A stretch of 64,000 nucleotides of DNA from contig CAYZNF010000004.1 in the NCBI GenBank assembly GCA_964479725.1, positions 12,002 through 76,001 on the forward strand, given 5' to 3'. Both the position numbers and the translations under genes were made by a program. Source of the DNA: an uncultured Candidatus Saccharibacteria bacterium. Lineage in GTDB: Bacteria > Patescibacteriota > Minisyncoccia > Minisyncoccales > UBA10102. Every line of letters starts with the position of its first letter. Within the stretch, counting starts at the first letter, position 1. Under the pieces are notes generated by a model. That model worked only from the letters and a program-made list of their open reading frames with translations. It was not told where the DNA came from and did not search any database. This document shows, in pieces, positions 7,353 to 15,265 of the stretch.

Positions 7353-8681
7353 ATGCTCCGTATCTCCGCAAAACATATTTTCTTTTTCGCGCTCTTCGCT
7401 GTCGTGGCTTTTTTTATAGTCTCTTCCCCCGCTGTTTTTGCGCAAGAAAATCAACAATCTATTACCTGCGAAGAGGGTAAAAAGGCCTGCGGCGGAAATT
7501 GTATTTCAAGCGATTCGCTTTGTCTCAATCTTCAGTATCCATCTTTTGGAGGATATGATCTCAATACCGACCAAGAGCTCACCAAGTTCATTGCCTGGCT
7601 ATACTATTTCATGATTGGCATTGGCGGATTACTTGCATTTTTGATGCTCACCTGGGGAGGAGTTCAATACCTGTCTTCTGCGGGAAATCCGGGGCAAATT
7701 GGCGACGCAAAAGACAAAATCCAAAAAGCAATTTTCGGCCTTTTGCTTTTGCTTTCCTCCGTTCTCATAATCCAATTGTTCAATCCCGATCTAACTACAA
7801 TCCAAGACCCCGGGGCAAAGAAACTCAAGCTTGGAACGTTTGAGCTAACAAAATCCACCGTAGACATTCCCTACCGATGCAGTCCAATAAGCGGAGCTAA
7901 TCACACCTACCAATGCGCGGGAGGGATTCCTTTGGCTCCAGGACAACCTCCTGTAGATTTTGACTCTTCTGATGTCATTCCTGCTACTTCCTCAGACCCA
8001 GCACATATTTGGCCTGAAGCATGTGTTATAACCTCTGCTCCGGGCGAATACAGCAAATCGTGTGTTGCTGAGTGTTTCCGAGCCGGAGGAGAATCTGGCA
8101 AATTTGGAGAGACGTGGACTTGTTGCAACGTTCCTTCGCCAGAAAATCCGGGGCCCTCAACAACATGCCGCGGTATAACCAAAGGAGAGAACGAAGTTTT
8201 GGTTAGTCTGACTCCTAGTAGCCAAAACATACAACCCCTCATGCAATCTGTTATGCAAAGAGTAAAAGGAGTTTATGCATGCGATGACGTGGGTTGCAGA
8301 ATAGCTTGGAGAAAGTTTACGAAAAGCACTCCAAGGATTTGCAGATCAATTGTTGAGGATTCTTCTCCGTCAAACGATGACTTGTGCACGCAAATAGGTT
8401 CTCTTTATATCAATCAAAATGCAGTTGTCGTGCTTTACGAGGAAGAGAACTATAATGAAAATTATCCGATTTCAGAAAACAAAAAAAGAGTATGCTTTGA
8501 CAACACAAGCGGGAACAATAAACTCATTGCTAATCTAGACGCTATTCAAATTGCCCCTTCCTTTGTCAAAAACAATGGATGGAATGAAGACGCAGATAGT
8601 ATAAAAATACTAGACCCAGGAGATCCGGAAATCGAAAAAGTTTGTCAAAACAAATTTGAAGAGACTCTTCCTTCTCTCTAG
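7353..8681 (+). CDS. T4SS-pilin-like (VirB2/TrbC-type) domain fused to a ~290-aa cysteine-rich C-terminal domain
   Basis: Signal peptide (FFFALFAVVAFFIVSSPAVFAQ), then FIAWLYYFMIGIGGLLAFLMLTWGGVQYLSSAGNPGQIGDAKDKIQKAIFGLLLLLSSVLIIQLFNPDL. This is the two-helix pilin pattern I associate with the CPR T4SS pilin family. By my count the C-terminal part holds 14 Cys. Confidence 0.55.
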   Translation: MLRISAKHIFFFALFAVVAFFIVSSPAVFAQENQQSITCEEGKKACGGNCISSDSLCLNLQYPSFGGYDLNTDQELTKFIAWLYYFMIGIGGLLAFLMLTWGGVQYLSSAGNPGQIGDAKDKIQKAIFGLLLLLSSVLIIQLFNPDLTTIQDPGAKKLKLGTFELTKSTVDIPYRCSPISGANHTYQCAGGIPLAPGQPPVDFDSSDVIPATSSDPAHIWPEACVITSAPGEYSKSCVAECFRAGGESGKFGETWTCCNVPSPENPGPSTTCRGITKGENEVLVSLTPSSQNIQPLMQSVMQRVKGVYACDDVGCRIAWRKFTKSTPRICRSIVEDSSPSNDDLCTQIGSLYINQNAVVVLYEEENYNENYPISENKKRVCFDNTSGNNKLIANLDAIQIAPSFVKNNGWNEDADSIKILDPGDPEIEKVCQNKFEETLPSL

Positions 8682-8690
8682 AAAAAGGGA

Positions 8691-8718
8691 AGAGGCGCCG
8701 CCCAAAAGCGGTGCCTCT
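8691..8718. terminator. Hairpin between convergent genes
   Basis: agaggcgccgc-ccaaaa-gcggtgcctct, with one G:T pair in the stem. On the minus strand it is followed by cccttttt. Confidence 0.5.
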
Positions 8719-8727
8719 TGCTTGTTG

Positions 8728-9447
8728 CTACTTCAAGCTTGCAAACTTCAGCCCCCCAGCACCAGAGGGCACGAGAACGGGCCGAAACTTGCCGAAAAGC
8801 TCGCGATGCGCGAGATCCGGGACGCCCAGAGCGTGTACGTCTCCCTTCATCACCACGCATCCGTAACAGCCCTTCACGCCGTGATAGACCTGCTCCTCGG
8901 GAATCTCCACTCCCGAGAAACGAGGCTGTTGGCTTAGCCACCGGGCCACAATCAGCAACTCTTCAGGATTGCCCCCAATACTAGGCCCACCGACTAACAT
9001 CATGGCCTGGTCTACGTACCCCCAATTGGCCAACAGCACAAAAGAGGCTACGATTTGACCGCCGTCCTCCATACTATCGACAGGATCACCGGGAAGCTGA
9101 TACACCCCAGGTGTAATACCCCATTTTTCCCGCGCCACCGTATCGGCATACGGCCCCGTATAGACCGTGGCCTTGCCCTTCACAGAGGTGGAGGGGAGGA
9201 CTTGCTCCTGGAGCACGACAGCGCTGTCGCTCGCGGGAACCTTCTGCTCCTGGACGACGATGTCGCCTGGCGCAGCGACCGCCGCGTTGTTGTCGGTCGG
9301 CGCAAGAGCGACCGTCTCCCTTGAGAAAAAGCCTGTCGCAACCGACAAGAACAACCCCACGGCTAGCAGGAACAGTACCACGGCCCCGGTTGGGAAAACC
9401 CAGCCGGGTAGTCTGGCCGGTCTACGAACTTGGGTAGTGGTAGTCAT
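8728..9447 (-). CDS. Hypothetical membrane-anchored protein (239 aa), high-GC cassette
   Basis: I chose the start at MTTTTQVRRPARLPGW because AAGGAGGG sits 6 nt upstream (gcAAGGAGGgttaaaATG). It has one TM helix (VVLFLLAVGLFLSVATGFF). GC is 55% in 9001-9100. I recognise no family. Confidence 0.55.
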   Translation of the reverse strand: MTTTTQVRRPARLPGWVFPTGAVVLFLLAVGLFLSVATGFFSRETVALAPTDNNAAVAAPGDIVVQEQKVPASDSAVVLQEQVLPSTSVKGKATVYTGPYADTVAREKWGITPGVYQLPGDPVDSMEDGGQIVASFVLLANWGYVDQAMMLVGGPSIGGNPEELLIVARWLSQQPRFSGVEIPEEQVYHGVKGCYGCVVMKGDVHALGVPDLAHRELFGKFRPVLVPSGAGGLKFASLK

Positions 9448-9515
9448 TTTAACCCTCCTTGCATTGTCTGTTCTTACCGACAACCGAATTAGGAAAAGAG
9501 CAACTCTCTACTTTC

Positions 9516-9544
9516 ATTAGACCAGCTCCCGGGGATATTGTCAA
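9516..9544 (-). promoter_or_regulatory. Sigma70-type promoter of the 8728-9447 cassette
   Basis: The minus strand reads TTGACA-atatccccgggagctgg(17)-TCTAAT. Confidence 0.45.
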
Positions 9545-9573
9545 GCTTTCGCCGAAACGCCCTTTTCAGCCAC

Positions 9574-9610
9574 ATGTGTGACACCAGGTGTCACACATGG
9601 TGTCACACAT
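9574..9610. promoter_or_regulatory. Operator-like array: three copies of ATGTGTGACAC (one inverted, two tandem)
   Basis: atgtgtgacac-cag-gtgtcacacat forms perfect 11-bp arms (9574-9584 and 9588-9598). ggtgtcacacat is repeated in tandem at 9587-9598 and 9599-9610. The array lies just upstream of the cassette promoter. Confidence 0.5.
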
Positions 9611-9668
9611 CCGCCGTCTTACGACAAAGTACACATATAGTATACCTTAGTCTCCCTAAGTTTTGGGT

Positions 9669-9689
9669 GTGTGTAACCTGGTTACACAC
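9669..9689. repeat. Perfect palindrome gtgtgtaacc-t-ggttacacac
   Basis: 10-bp arms with a 1-nt spacer, 5 nt beyond the jag stop. The half-site is related to the TGTGTGACAC repeat 80 nt away. Confidence 0.5.
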
Positions 9690-9693
9690 ATTG

Positions 9694-10149
9694 CTATTTT
9701 GGCTTTACAATAATTCTTCGATTTGGCTCCTCGCCAAGGCTTTCTGAAACAACATCATTACGGTCGGCTAGTTCCATATGCACGATCCTCCTCTCCGAAG
9801 GAGGCATAGCTTCCAATTCCCTGGGCTTTTTAAGCAGGGAAACCTCGTCTGCCACTGTTCTGGCAAGCTCGCGCAGGTAGTTTTCCTTGTTTTTCCTGTA
9901 GCCGTTAATATCCATGGTAAGGCGTATAGATTCGCCTGTTTTCTTTTTCATTATGAGCCGCAAAAGGTACTGGATATCAGAAAGCACCGACCCTCTGTCG
10001 CCTATAAACAATTGGGGGTCTTTGGCAACAAGATCAATAGAGTATACTTCGTCTTCAAGCAGGCTTACTTTTACCTCGCCTTCCAGTTCGAGCTTTGAGA
10101 AAAGGGTTTTTGCCTCTTTTTCAATTGTCGAAAGAAAGTTATTGAGCAT
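9694..10149 (-). CDS. jag: Jag/KhpB-type RNA-binding protein (KH + R3H)
   Basis: C-terminal R3H-like MPPSERRIVHMELADRNDVVSESLGEEPNRRIIVKP. It holds the conserved position downstream of yidC. Confidence 0.8.
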   Translation of the reverse strand: MLNNFLSTIEKEAKTLFSKLELEGEVKVSLLEDEVYSIDLVAKDPQLFIGDRGSVLSDIQYLLRLIMKKKTGESIRLTMDINGYRKNKENYLRELARTVADEVSLLKKPRELEAMPPSERRIVHMELADRNDVVSESLGEEPNRRIIVKPK

Positions 10150-10879
10150 TTGCGTTTGCCAAAGCTTTCTCTTTTTTATCGTTCCTGTTCATCCACCAGT
10201 ATTGGGCAATGCTGAATAAATTGCTCACCACCAAATACAAAGCAACTGCCGAGGGCATGCGCATGCCGATAATCACTATGATTACGGGGAAGATAAACAG
10301 CATCTGCTTTTGCATTATGGAGGAAAAATCACCTGTCTGTGTTTTGGCTGTTTGTTTTTTTTGAGGTATTGTCTGTTTTACCTGTATAAATTGGGTAAGC
10401 CCGGCAAGCACGGCAAGCGGAAGAGAGGTTTTTGCCAGATCAACCAAATTTAAAAGCGTGGTGTTGATAACCTCGGGACGCGAGATAAAGCTGTACAATA
10501 AATTCAGCTTGTCTCCGTTAAATCCCTTCCAAAACAATTGGTATAATGCAATCATCACGGGAAGCTGGAGAAGAAGGGGGAGAAAGGAAGCAAAAGGATT
10601 TACCTTCTCTTTTTTATACAGCTCCATTGTCGCCTCGGCGAGCTTCGTCCGGTCTTTTTTGAATTTCGCCCGAATTTCCTCGATCCTTGGCTGGAGCTCT
10701 GCCAACCGTTTTTGGGCTTTCGTGGCTTTGGCGCTCAAGGGATACAGCACGAAACGTATCACTAGCGTCAGCGCAACGACAGCAAGCCCAAAATCACCCA
10801 AGTACTCATAGAGCAAAACAAGGGCGTTAAAAAGGGGGATAAAAAGAACTGTCCGAAAAAAATCTACAATAAGGCTCAT
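10139..10879 (-). CDS. yidC: Membrane protein insertase YidC/Oxa1 family
   Basis: Multi-TM 246-aa protein: LFNALVLLYEYLGDFGLAVVALTLVIRFVLYPLSAKATKAQKRLAELQPRIEEIRAKFKKD. It lies in rnpA-yidC-jag synteny. Confidence 0.85.
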   Translation of the reverse strand: MSLIVDFFRTVLFIPLFNALVLLYEYLGDFGLAVVALTLVIRFVLYPLSAKATKAQKRLAELQPRIEEIRAKFKKDRTKLAEATMELYKKEKVNPFASFLPLLLQLPVMIALYQLFWKGFNGDKLNLLYSFISRPEVINTTLLNLVDLAKTSLPLAVLAGLTQFIQVKQTIPQKKQTAKTQTGDFSSIMQKQMLFIFPVIIVIIGMRMPSAVALYLVVSNLFSIAQYWWMNRNDKKEKALANANAQ

Positions 10880-11241
10880 ACGTTTAATCTAGATGTGGTA
10901 GGTTGCAGTAGCGAAGCTTTTTTGAATGCTTTCCAGGCGATCCTGGCGGCTTCTTCTTCTGTTTTGATTGAAAGCCCGGGCAGAGCAATTATCACTATGT
11001 CCCAGCCGTTGTTAATTTCAGAAATGCGCTTTCGGATTGCTTCGCTTAAAAACCGGCGGATTTGATTTCGCTCCACCGCTTTTTTTGAGACTTTTTTACT
11101 TACAACGACCGCGAACCGGGAAAAGGGAAACTGATTTTCTTTTCTGCGCACAACAATTCCCTCGCTCCGCACGCTGTTGCGACCGCGGAAAACCCGTTCA
11201 AACTCTTTTGTTTTTGTAAGCCGTAAGGCTTTGGGGAGCAT
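10876..11241 (-). CDS. rnpA: Ribonuclease P protein component
   Basis: LRLTKTKEFERVFRGRNSVRSEGIVVRRKEN...FAVVVSKKVSKKAVERNQIRRFLSEAIR. It lies immediately downstream of rpmH. Confidence 0.85.
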   Translation of the reverse strand: MLPKALRLTKTKEFERVFRGRNSVRSEGIVVRRKENQFPFSRFAVVVSKKVSKKAVERNQIRRFLSEAIRKRISEINNGWDIVIIALPGLSIKTEEEAARIAWKAFKKASLLQPTTSRLNV

Positions 11242-11259
11242 TCGAAAGATCGCGCATTA

Positions 11260-11394
11260 TTAAACAGTCAGGCGTTTTCGTCCTTTTTGCCTGCGCTTTG
11301 AAACAATAGTCCGTCCTGTACGGGTTTTGGTCCGCTTTAAGAAACCGTGGGTTCTTTTCCGTTTCTTTTTCCTGGGTTGATATGTTATGCTCAT
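11260..11394 (-). CDS. rpmH: 50S ribosomal protein L34 (44 aa; not in the supplied ORF track)
   Basis: Manual translation of the minus strand gives [44 protein letters not shown] followed by a stop. Confidence 0.9.
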   Translation of the reverse strand: MSITYQPRKKKRKRTHGFLKRTKTRTGRTIVSKRRQKGRKRLTV

Positions 11395-11449
11395 AGGCAA
11401 AGTATACTATTTTGCCGTTACCTGGTCAAACGTTCCCTTTCTCACCAGC

Positions 11450-11471
11450 CTATCCCCAGCTTTTCCCCAGC
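11450..11471. promoter_or_regulatory. Two tandem copies of the motif (C/T)T(A/T)TCCCCAGC upstream of dnaA (DnaA-box-like)
   Basis: ctatccccagc (11450-11460) and ttttccccagc (11461-11471). The same motif recurs at 12991-13002 and 13046-13057. Confidence 0.45.
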
Positions 11472-11572
11472 TTCTGCACAGCCTTGGAGCTTTCTTGTTT
11501 ATTTGGCGCGAGATTGCGTTGTGCTATAATGATCCATCATCGTTCTTCAATACAACAGCTAGTCGCAGACTA

Positions 11573-12943
11573 ATGACAAAAGAAGAACTTTGGCAAGCCG
11601 TGCTTGCCCAACTCCAATTTCATATTTCTCCGGCCAATTTTGCCACATGGCTGAAGAATACTTTTATCCTTTCTAAAAAAGGTGGCCAGCTTCTTGTGTC
11701 CGTGCCGAATAATTTTTCGAAAGAGTGGCTCGAAAACAAATATAACAAGCTGATATTTAAGATTTTAAAGGAAACAGACCACGAAATAAAAGAGATTTTA
11801 TATACGGTAGAAAAAGTTCCCCAGAAACCAAAAGAAGCCCCAACTCCCAGCCCAATTTCCCATTCTGCCGCAATGGTCGCGGAGGCGCAGCTTGAATTCC
11901 AGGAATTCAAGGTAAACAAAACCACAAACCTCAACCCAAAATATACTTTTGAGAATTTTATCGTGGGCCCTTTCAATGAATTGGCTAACGCCGCTTCTTT
12001 GGCCATTACCCAGCACCCGGGAACAGTGTACAACCCCCTTTTCGTATACGGGGGAGTGGGGCTGGGCAAAACCCATCTCTTGCAGGCAACAGGCAACAAG
12101 ATAGCAAAGGATTTCCCGGAAAAGAAAGTGCGCTATATTTCTTCGGAACGCTTTACGTCGGGAGTTGTCTCGGCCATCCGCAACCGTACGGTTGATGAAT
12201 TTCGCGTTTCCTACCGCGACATTGATATTTTTATCTTAGACGACGTGCAATTTCTTGCCGGCAAAGACAAAACCCAGGAAGAGCTCTTCCATACGTTTAA
12301 TACCCTGTACGAGCACGGCAAGCAGGTTGTTTTTTCGTCCGACCGGCCGCCAAAATCTATTCCGGCCCTGGAAGAGCGTTTGCGTTCCCGCTTCGAGGGG
12401 GGCATGGTCGCGGACGTCAGCATGCCAGACTACGAAACAAGACTGGCCATTTTGAAATCGAAAATGCAAGAAAAAAACTTTATGCTGGGCGAAGATATAT
12501 GTGAATACATAGCATCGCACATCCAGAGAAACATTAGGGAGCTGGAAGGCGCTCTTAACCGGCTGTATGCGCACTTCAGGCTCATAAACAAGGCGCCAAC
12601 CCTTGTGGATGCTAAATCCGCGCTCAAAACAGTCATACAAAGCCCCAACAAAATGATAAACCATAAGAAAATCATCCAGATTGTGGCTGAATTTTATGAT
12701 ATCAAAGAAAAAGACATTATCGCGCCCTCCCGCAAAAAGGAGGTTGTAAAACCAAGACAGATTGCCATGTACCTGCTCCGCGAAGAATTAAAAAGTTCCT
12801 TTCCCTTTATTGGCAAAAGATTTGGGGGCAAAGATCACACCACAGCAATTTATGCCTGTGAAAAAATTGGGAAAGAAATGCAGGAATCCGAAATTTTGTT
12901 TGATGAAATCAATCTAATAAAACAGAGGATGTACAGTGGATAA
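11573..12943 (+). CDS. dnaA: Chromosomal replication initiator DnaA (456 aa)
   Basis: MTKEELWQAVLAQLQFHISPANFATWLKNT, Walker A GGVGLGKTHLLQA, and C-terminal KPRQIAMYLLREELKSSFPFIGKRFGGKDHTTAIYA. I prefer the start at 11573 because the track start at 11387 would overlap rpmH. TGcTATAAT lies at 11522-11530. Confidence 0.9.
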   Translation: MTKEELWQAVLAQLQFHISPANFATWLKNTFILSKKGGQLLVSVPNNFSKEWLENKYNKLIFKILKETDHEIKEILYTVEKVPQKPKEAPTPSPISHSAAMVAEAQLEFQEFKVNKTTNLNPKYTFENFIVGPFNELANAASLAITQHPGTVYNPLFVYGGVGLGKTHLLQATGNKIAKDFPEKKVRYISSERFTSGVVSAIRNRTVDEFRVSYRDIDIFILDDVQFLAGKDKTQEELFHTFNTLYEHGKQVVFSSDRPPKSIPALEERLRSRFEGGMVADVSMPDYETRLAILKSKMQEKNFMLGEDICEYIASHIQRNIRELEGALNRLYAHFRLINKAPTLVDAKSALKTVIQSPNKMINHKKIIQIVAEFYDIKEKDIIAPSRKKEVVKPRQIAMYLLREELKSSFPFIGKRFGGKDHTTAIYACEKIGKEMQESEILFDEINLIKQRMYSG

Positions 12944-13106
12944 CTTCCGCTGATTTTTATAAGCTAAGTTCTGCTCTTTTTCAGGAGCGATTTATCCCCA
13001 GCTCCATACACAGAATATTAAAGAGGGGTTAAGAAGAGGGTGCGAGTTTTCCCCAGCTATAGTAATAACAGTAATCAATACATATTAATTAATAATTATA
13101 GAGGAG
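12936..13106. other. Candidate oriC (dnaA-dnaN intergenic region)
   Basis: Canonical box gtggataac (reverse complement TTATCCAC) at 12936-12944. Variant boxes tttatccccagc (12991-13002) and gttttccccagc (13046-13057). An AT-rich tract agtaataacagtaatcaatacatattaattaataattata at 13061-13100 could be the DUE. Confidence 0.55.
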
Positions 13107-14231
13107 ATGAAAGCCACCGTACTGAAAGAAAATTTAAAAGAGGGATTGCTTACGGTAGAAAAAGCTATTTCAAAATCGTTGAGCCTGCCCATACTGGGGA
13201 ACGTGCTGCTTTCATGCGAGAAAAATTTTGTTGAATTGGCGGCCACCGACCTGGAGATTGGCATTAGGTACAGGATGCTCTCGAAAAACGAACAGGAGGG
13301 CAGTGTAGTCATTCCAGGAAGGGTTTTGTCGCAGCTTGTGGGTTTTCTGCCGGAGTCCTCTGTTATGCTCGAACAGCGCGACGGTGAATTGCTTGTAGTG
13401 TGCGGGGATTATTCTACCACTGTAAAAATATTAAGCGCCGAAGAATTTCCACTTATTCCTTCGCTTAAGGGAGAGGAACGATGCATGGAGGTTGAAGCGC
13501 AATCGTTCTGCAGGGGATTAAACCAAGTAGCTGGAATGGCTGGACAAAGCCAGGCGCGTCCCGAGATTGGAGGGGTGTATTTGGTTTTTGAGAAAGATTC
13601 AGCTAAAGTTGTGGCAACCGACAGTTTCCGCCTGGGGGAAAAGACGCTGTATTTTAAAGAACCCTCTTCGCTGGAAACCTCTTTTATACTGCCCCAAAAA
13701 ACAGCGCGGGAGATTATTTCTATTTTTAGCGAGAAAGAGGGGAAGGTAAAAGCTTGCCTTTCCGCGAGCCAGGTTATTTTTGACTACTCTTCAGAAGATC
13801 TTTCCCAGCCCCATGTGCAGGTAGTATCCCGACTGATTGATGGGGAATACCCGAGATACCAGGATATTATTCCCAAAGACTATAAAACAAAGGTTATTGC
13901 GGACAGAGCAGAGCTTATGAACCATGTGCGGGCATCGAGTATTTTCACGGGGAAAACAAACGAAGCCCATTTTTGTTTCCAGCCGGAAGAAGGGGGCATG
14001 GAAATCACTTCCAGGAATACCGATGTTGGGGAGCACACTTCTTTTTTAAAGGGGGATGTTGCGGGAGAGCATCTGCAGGTATCTTTTAACTGGAGGTTTT
14101 TACTTGAAGGGCTGGGCGCCATGAAAAGTAAGGATGTGGAAATGCGCTTGAGCGGGGAAGACGGTCCTGCCGTGTTGGCGCCGCAAGAACAGGAGGGTTT
14201 TTTGTATATTTTAATGCCAATAAAAGCATAG
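13107..14231 (+). CDS. dnaN: DNA polymerase III beta sliding clamp
   Basis: 374 aa directly after dnaA: MKATVLKENLKEGLLTVEKAISKSLSLPILGNVLL...; ends YILMPIKA. Confidence 0.9.
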   Translation: MKATVLKENLKEGLLTVEKAISKSLSLPILGNVLLSCEKNFVELAATDLEIGIRYRMLSKNEQEGSVVIPGRVLSQLVGFLPESSVMLEQRDGELLVVCGDYSTTVKILSAEEFPLIPSLKGEERCMEVEAQSFCRGLNQVAGMAGQSQARPEIGGVYLVFEKDSAKVVATDSFRLGEKTLYFKEPSSLETSFILPQKTAREIISIFSEKEGKVKACLSASQVIFDYSSEDLSQPHVQVVSRLIDGEYPRYQDIIPKDYKTKVIADRAELMNHVRASSIFTGKTNEAHFCFQPEEGGMEITSRNTDVGEHTSFLKGDVAGEHLQVSFNWRFLLEGLGAMKSKDVEMRLSGEDGPAVLAPQEQEGFLYILMPIKA

Positions 14232-14236
14232 TTTCC

Positions 14237-15265
14237 ATGACTTTAGGATCGAGACTAAAGATCTTCGGGTTTTTCGGGGCTGGTTTGCTATTCTTTGCTT
14301 CTTCTCCCTTTGCCCTTGACACGATTTTTTCGGTCTTTACTCCTCCTGGTGTTATGGCGGTTTTGAGTCCTCAAGAAGCGAACGGGGAAGATATTCTTTT
14401 TCGCGTTCAATTCGACAAACCCGTGCAAAGAAAAGAATTGGAAACCCAAATATCTCCCGTCCTGTACGGGGAATGGCGTTTCGAAAAGCCCCTTATCCAA
14501 AACCATCTATTCCGCGACGCAGTGTTTTATGCTCCTGCGGGCCTTAACGAGGGCGGCGAATATTCTGTTAACCTCGAAAATATTAAGGGTTTTGGATTGG
14601 AGAAAACTTCCAGCCACTCTTTCGCTGTTCGTATTCCCGAGGAAAATATTTTAGCAAGCGTAAGCGCGAATAGCCCTCCGTCCCTTATCTTGCTTCCTAT
14701 TCCTGTTGATTGGCAGGATTCTCCATTGTCGTGCGAGGCAGCTTCCTTAAAAATGGCCCTGGGGTACAAAGGGGAAAAAGTCAAAGAAAGCGATATTATG
14801 GACAGGGTGGGGTATTCTTATCCCATTGCAAGGCAGGGTGTTGTGTGGGGCGATCCCAACCAAGGTTTTGTGGGGAATATTGAGGGGCAAATGTGTACTA
14901 CGGGATTTGGGGTGTTTTGGGATCCTTTAGTATTTGCGGCCCAGCAATGGCGTCCCAGCGAAATTATCAAGAGCGGCACCCTTAAAGATATCACAAAAAC
15001 CATAGACAGCGGAGACCCGATTGTGGTATGGGGACGTCTTCCTGTGACACAGATGACCGATTGCTCATGGGTTACTCCGCAAGGTGTGTTTGTTAAAGCA
15101 TTCAAAGAAACCCACGTACGTCTTGTTGTGGGATATATTGGATCGCCAGATCAGCCGCACACAATTATCTTAAACGATCCCCTTTCCGGTCGTTTGTATT
15201 GGCCGGCGGGTAAGTTTATGTCAAACTGGGAAGTCTACGGAAGGACCGGAGTCATTGTGCATTAA
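14237..15265 (+). CDS. Secreted/membrane-anchored peptidase C39-like domain protein
   Basis: N-terminal hydrophobic segment, then DWQDSPLSCEAASLKMALGYKG (catalytic Cys context), followed by HVRLVVGYIG...ILNDPLSG (His region). Confidence 0.55.
   Translation: MTLGSRLKIFGFFGAGLLFFASSPFALDTIFSVFTPPGVMAVLSPQEANGEDILFRVQFDKPVQRKELETQISPVLYGEWRFEKPLIQNHLFRDAVFYAPAGLNEGGEYSVNLENIKGFGLEKTSSHSFAVRIPEENILASVSANSPPSLILLPIPVDWQDSPLSCEAASLKMALGYKGEKVKESDIMDRVGYSYPIARQGVVWGDPNQGFVGNIEGQMCTTGFGVFWDPLVFAAQQWRPSEIIKSGTLKDITKTIDSGDPIVVWGRLPVTQMTDCSWVTPQGVFVKAFKETHVRLVVGYIGSPDQPHTIILNDPLSGRLYWPAGKFMSNWEVYGRTGVIVH

Noticed and set aside
9574-9610. CRP-type site or CRISPR-like repeat
   Set aside because: TGTGA and TCACA are separated by 9 nt, not the 6 nt of CRP sites. 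There are only 2-3 short repeats without spacers, so this is not a CRISPR array.
11387-11572. N-terminal extension of DnaA from the ORF track (start at 11387)
   Set aside because: It would overlap the rpmH start on the other strand and contains the promoter (TGcTATAAT) and DnaA-box-like motifs. The DnaA homology begins at MTKEELW (11573).
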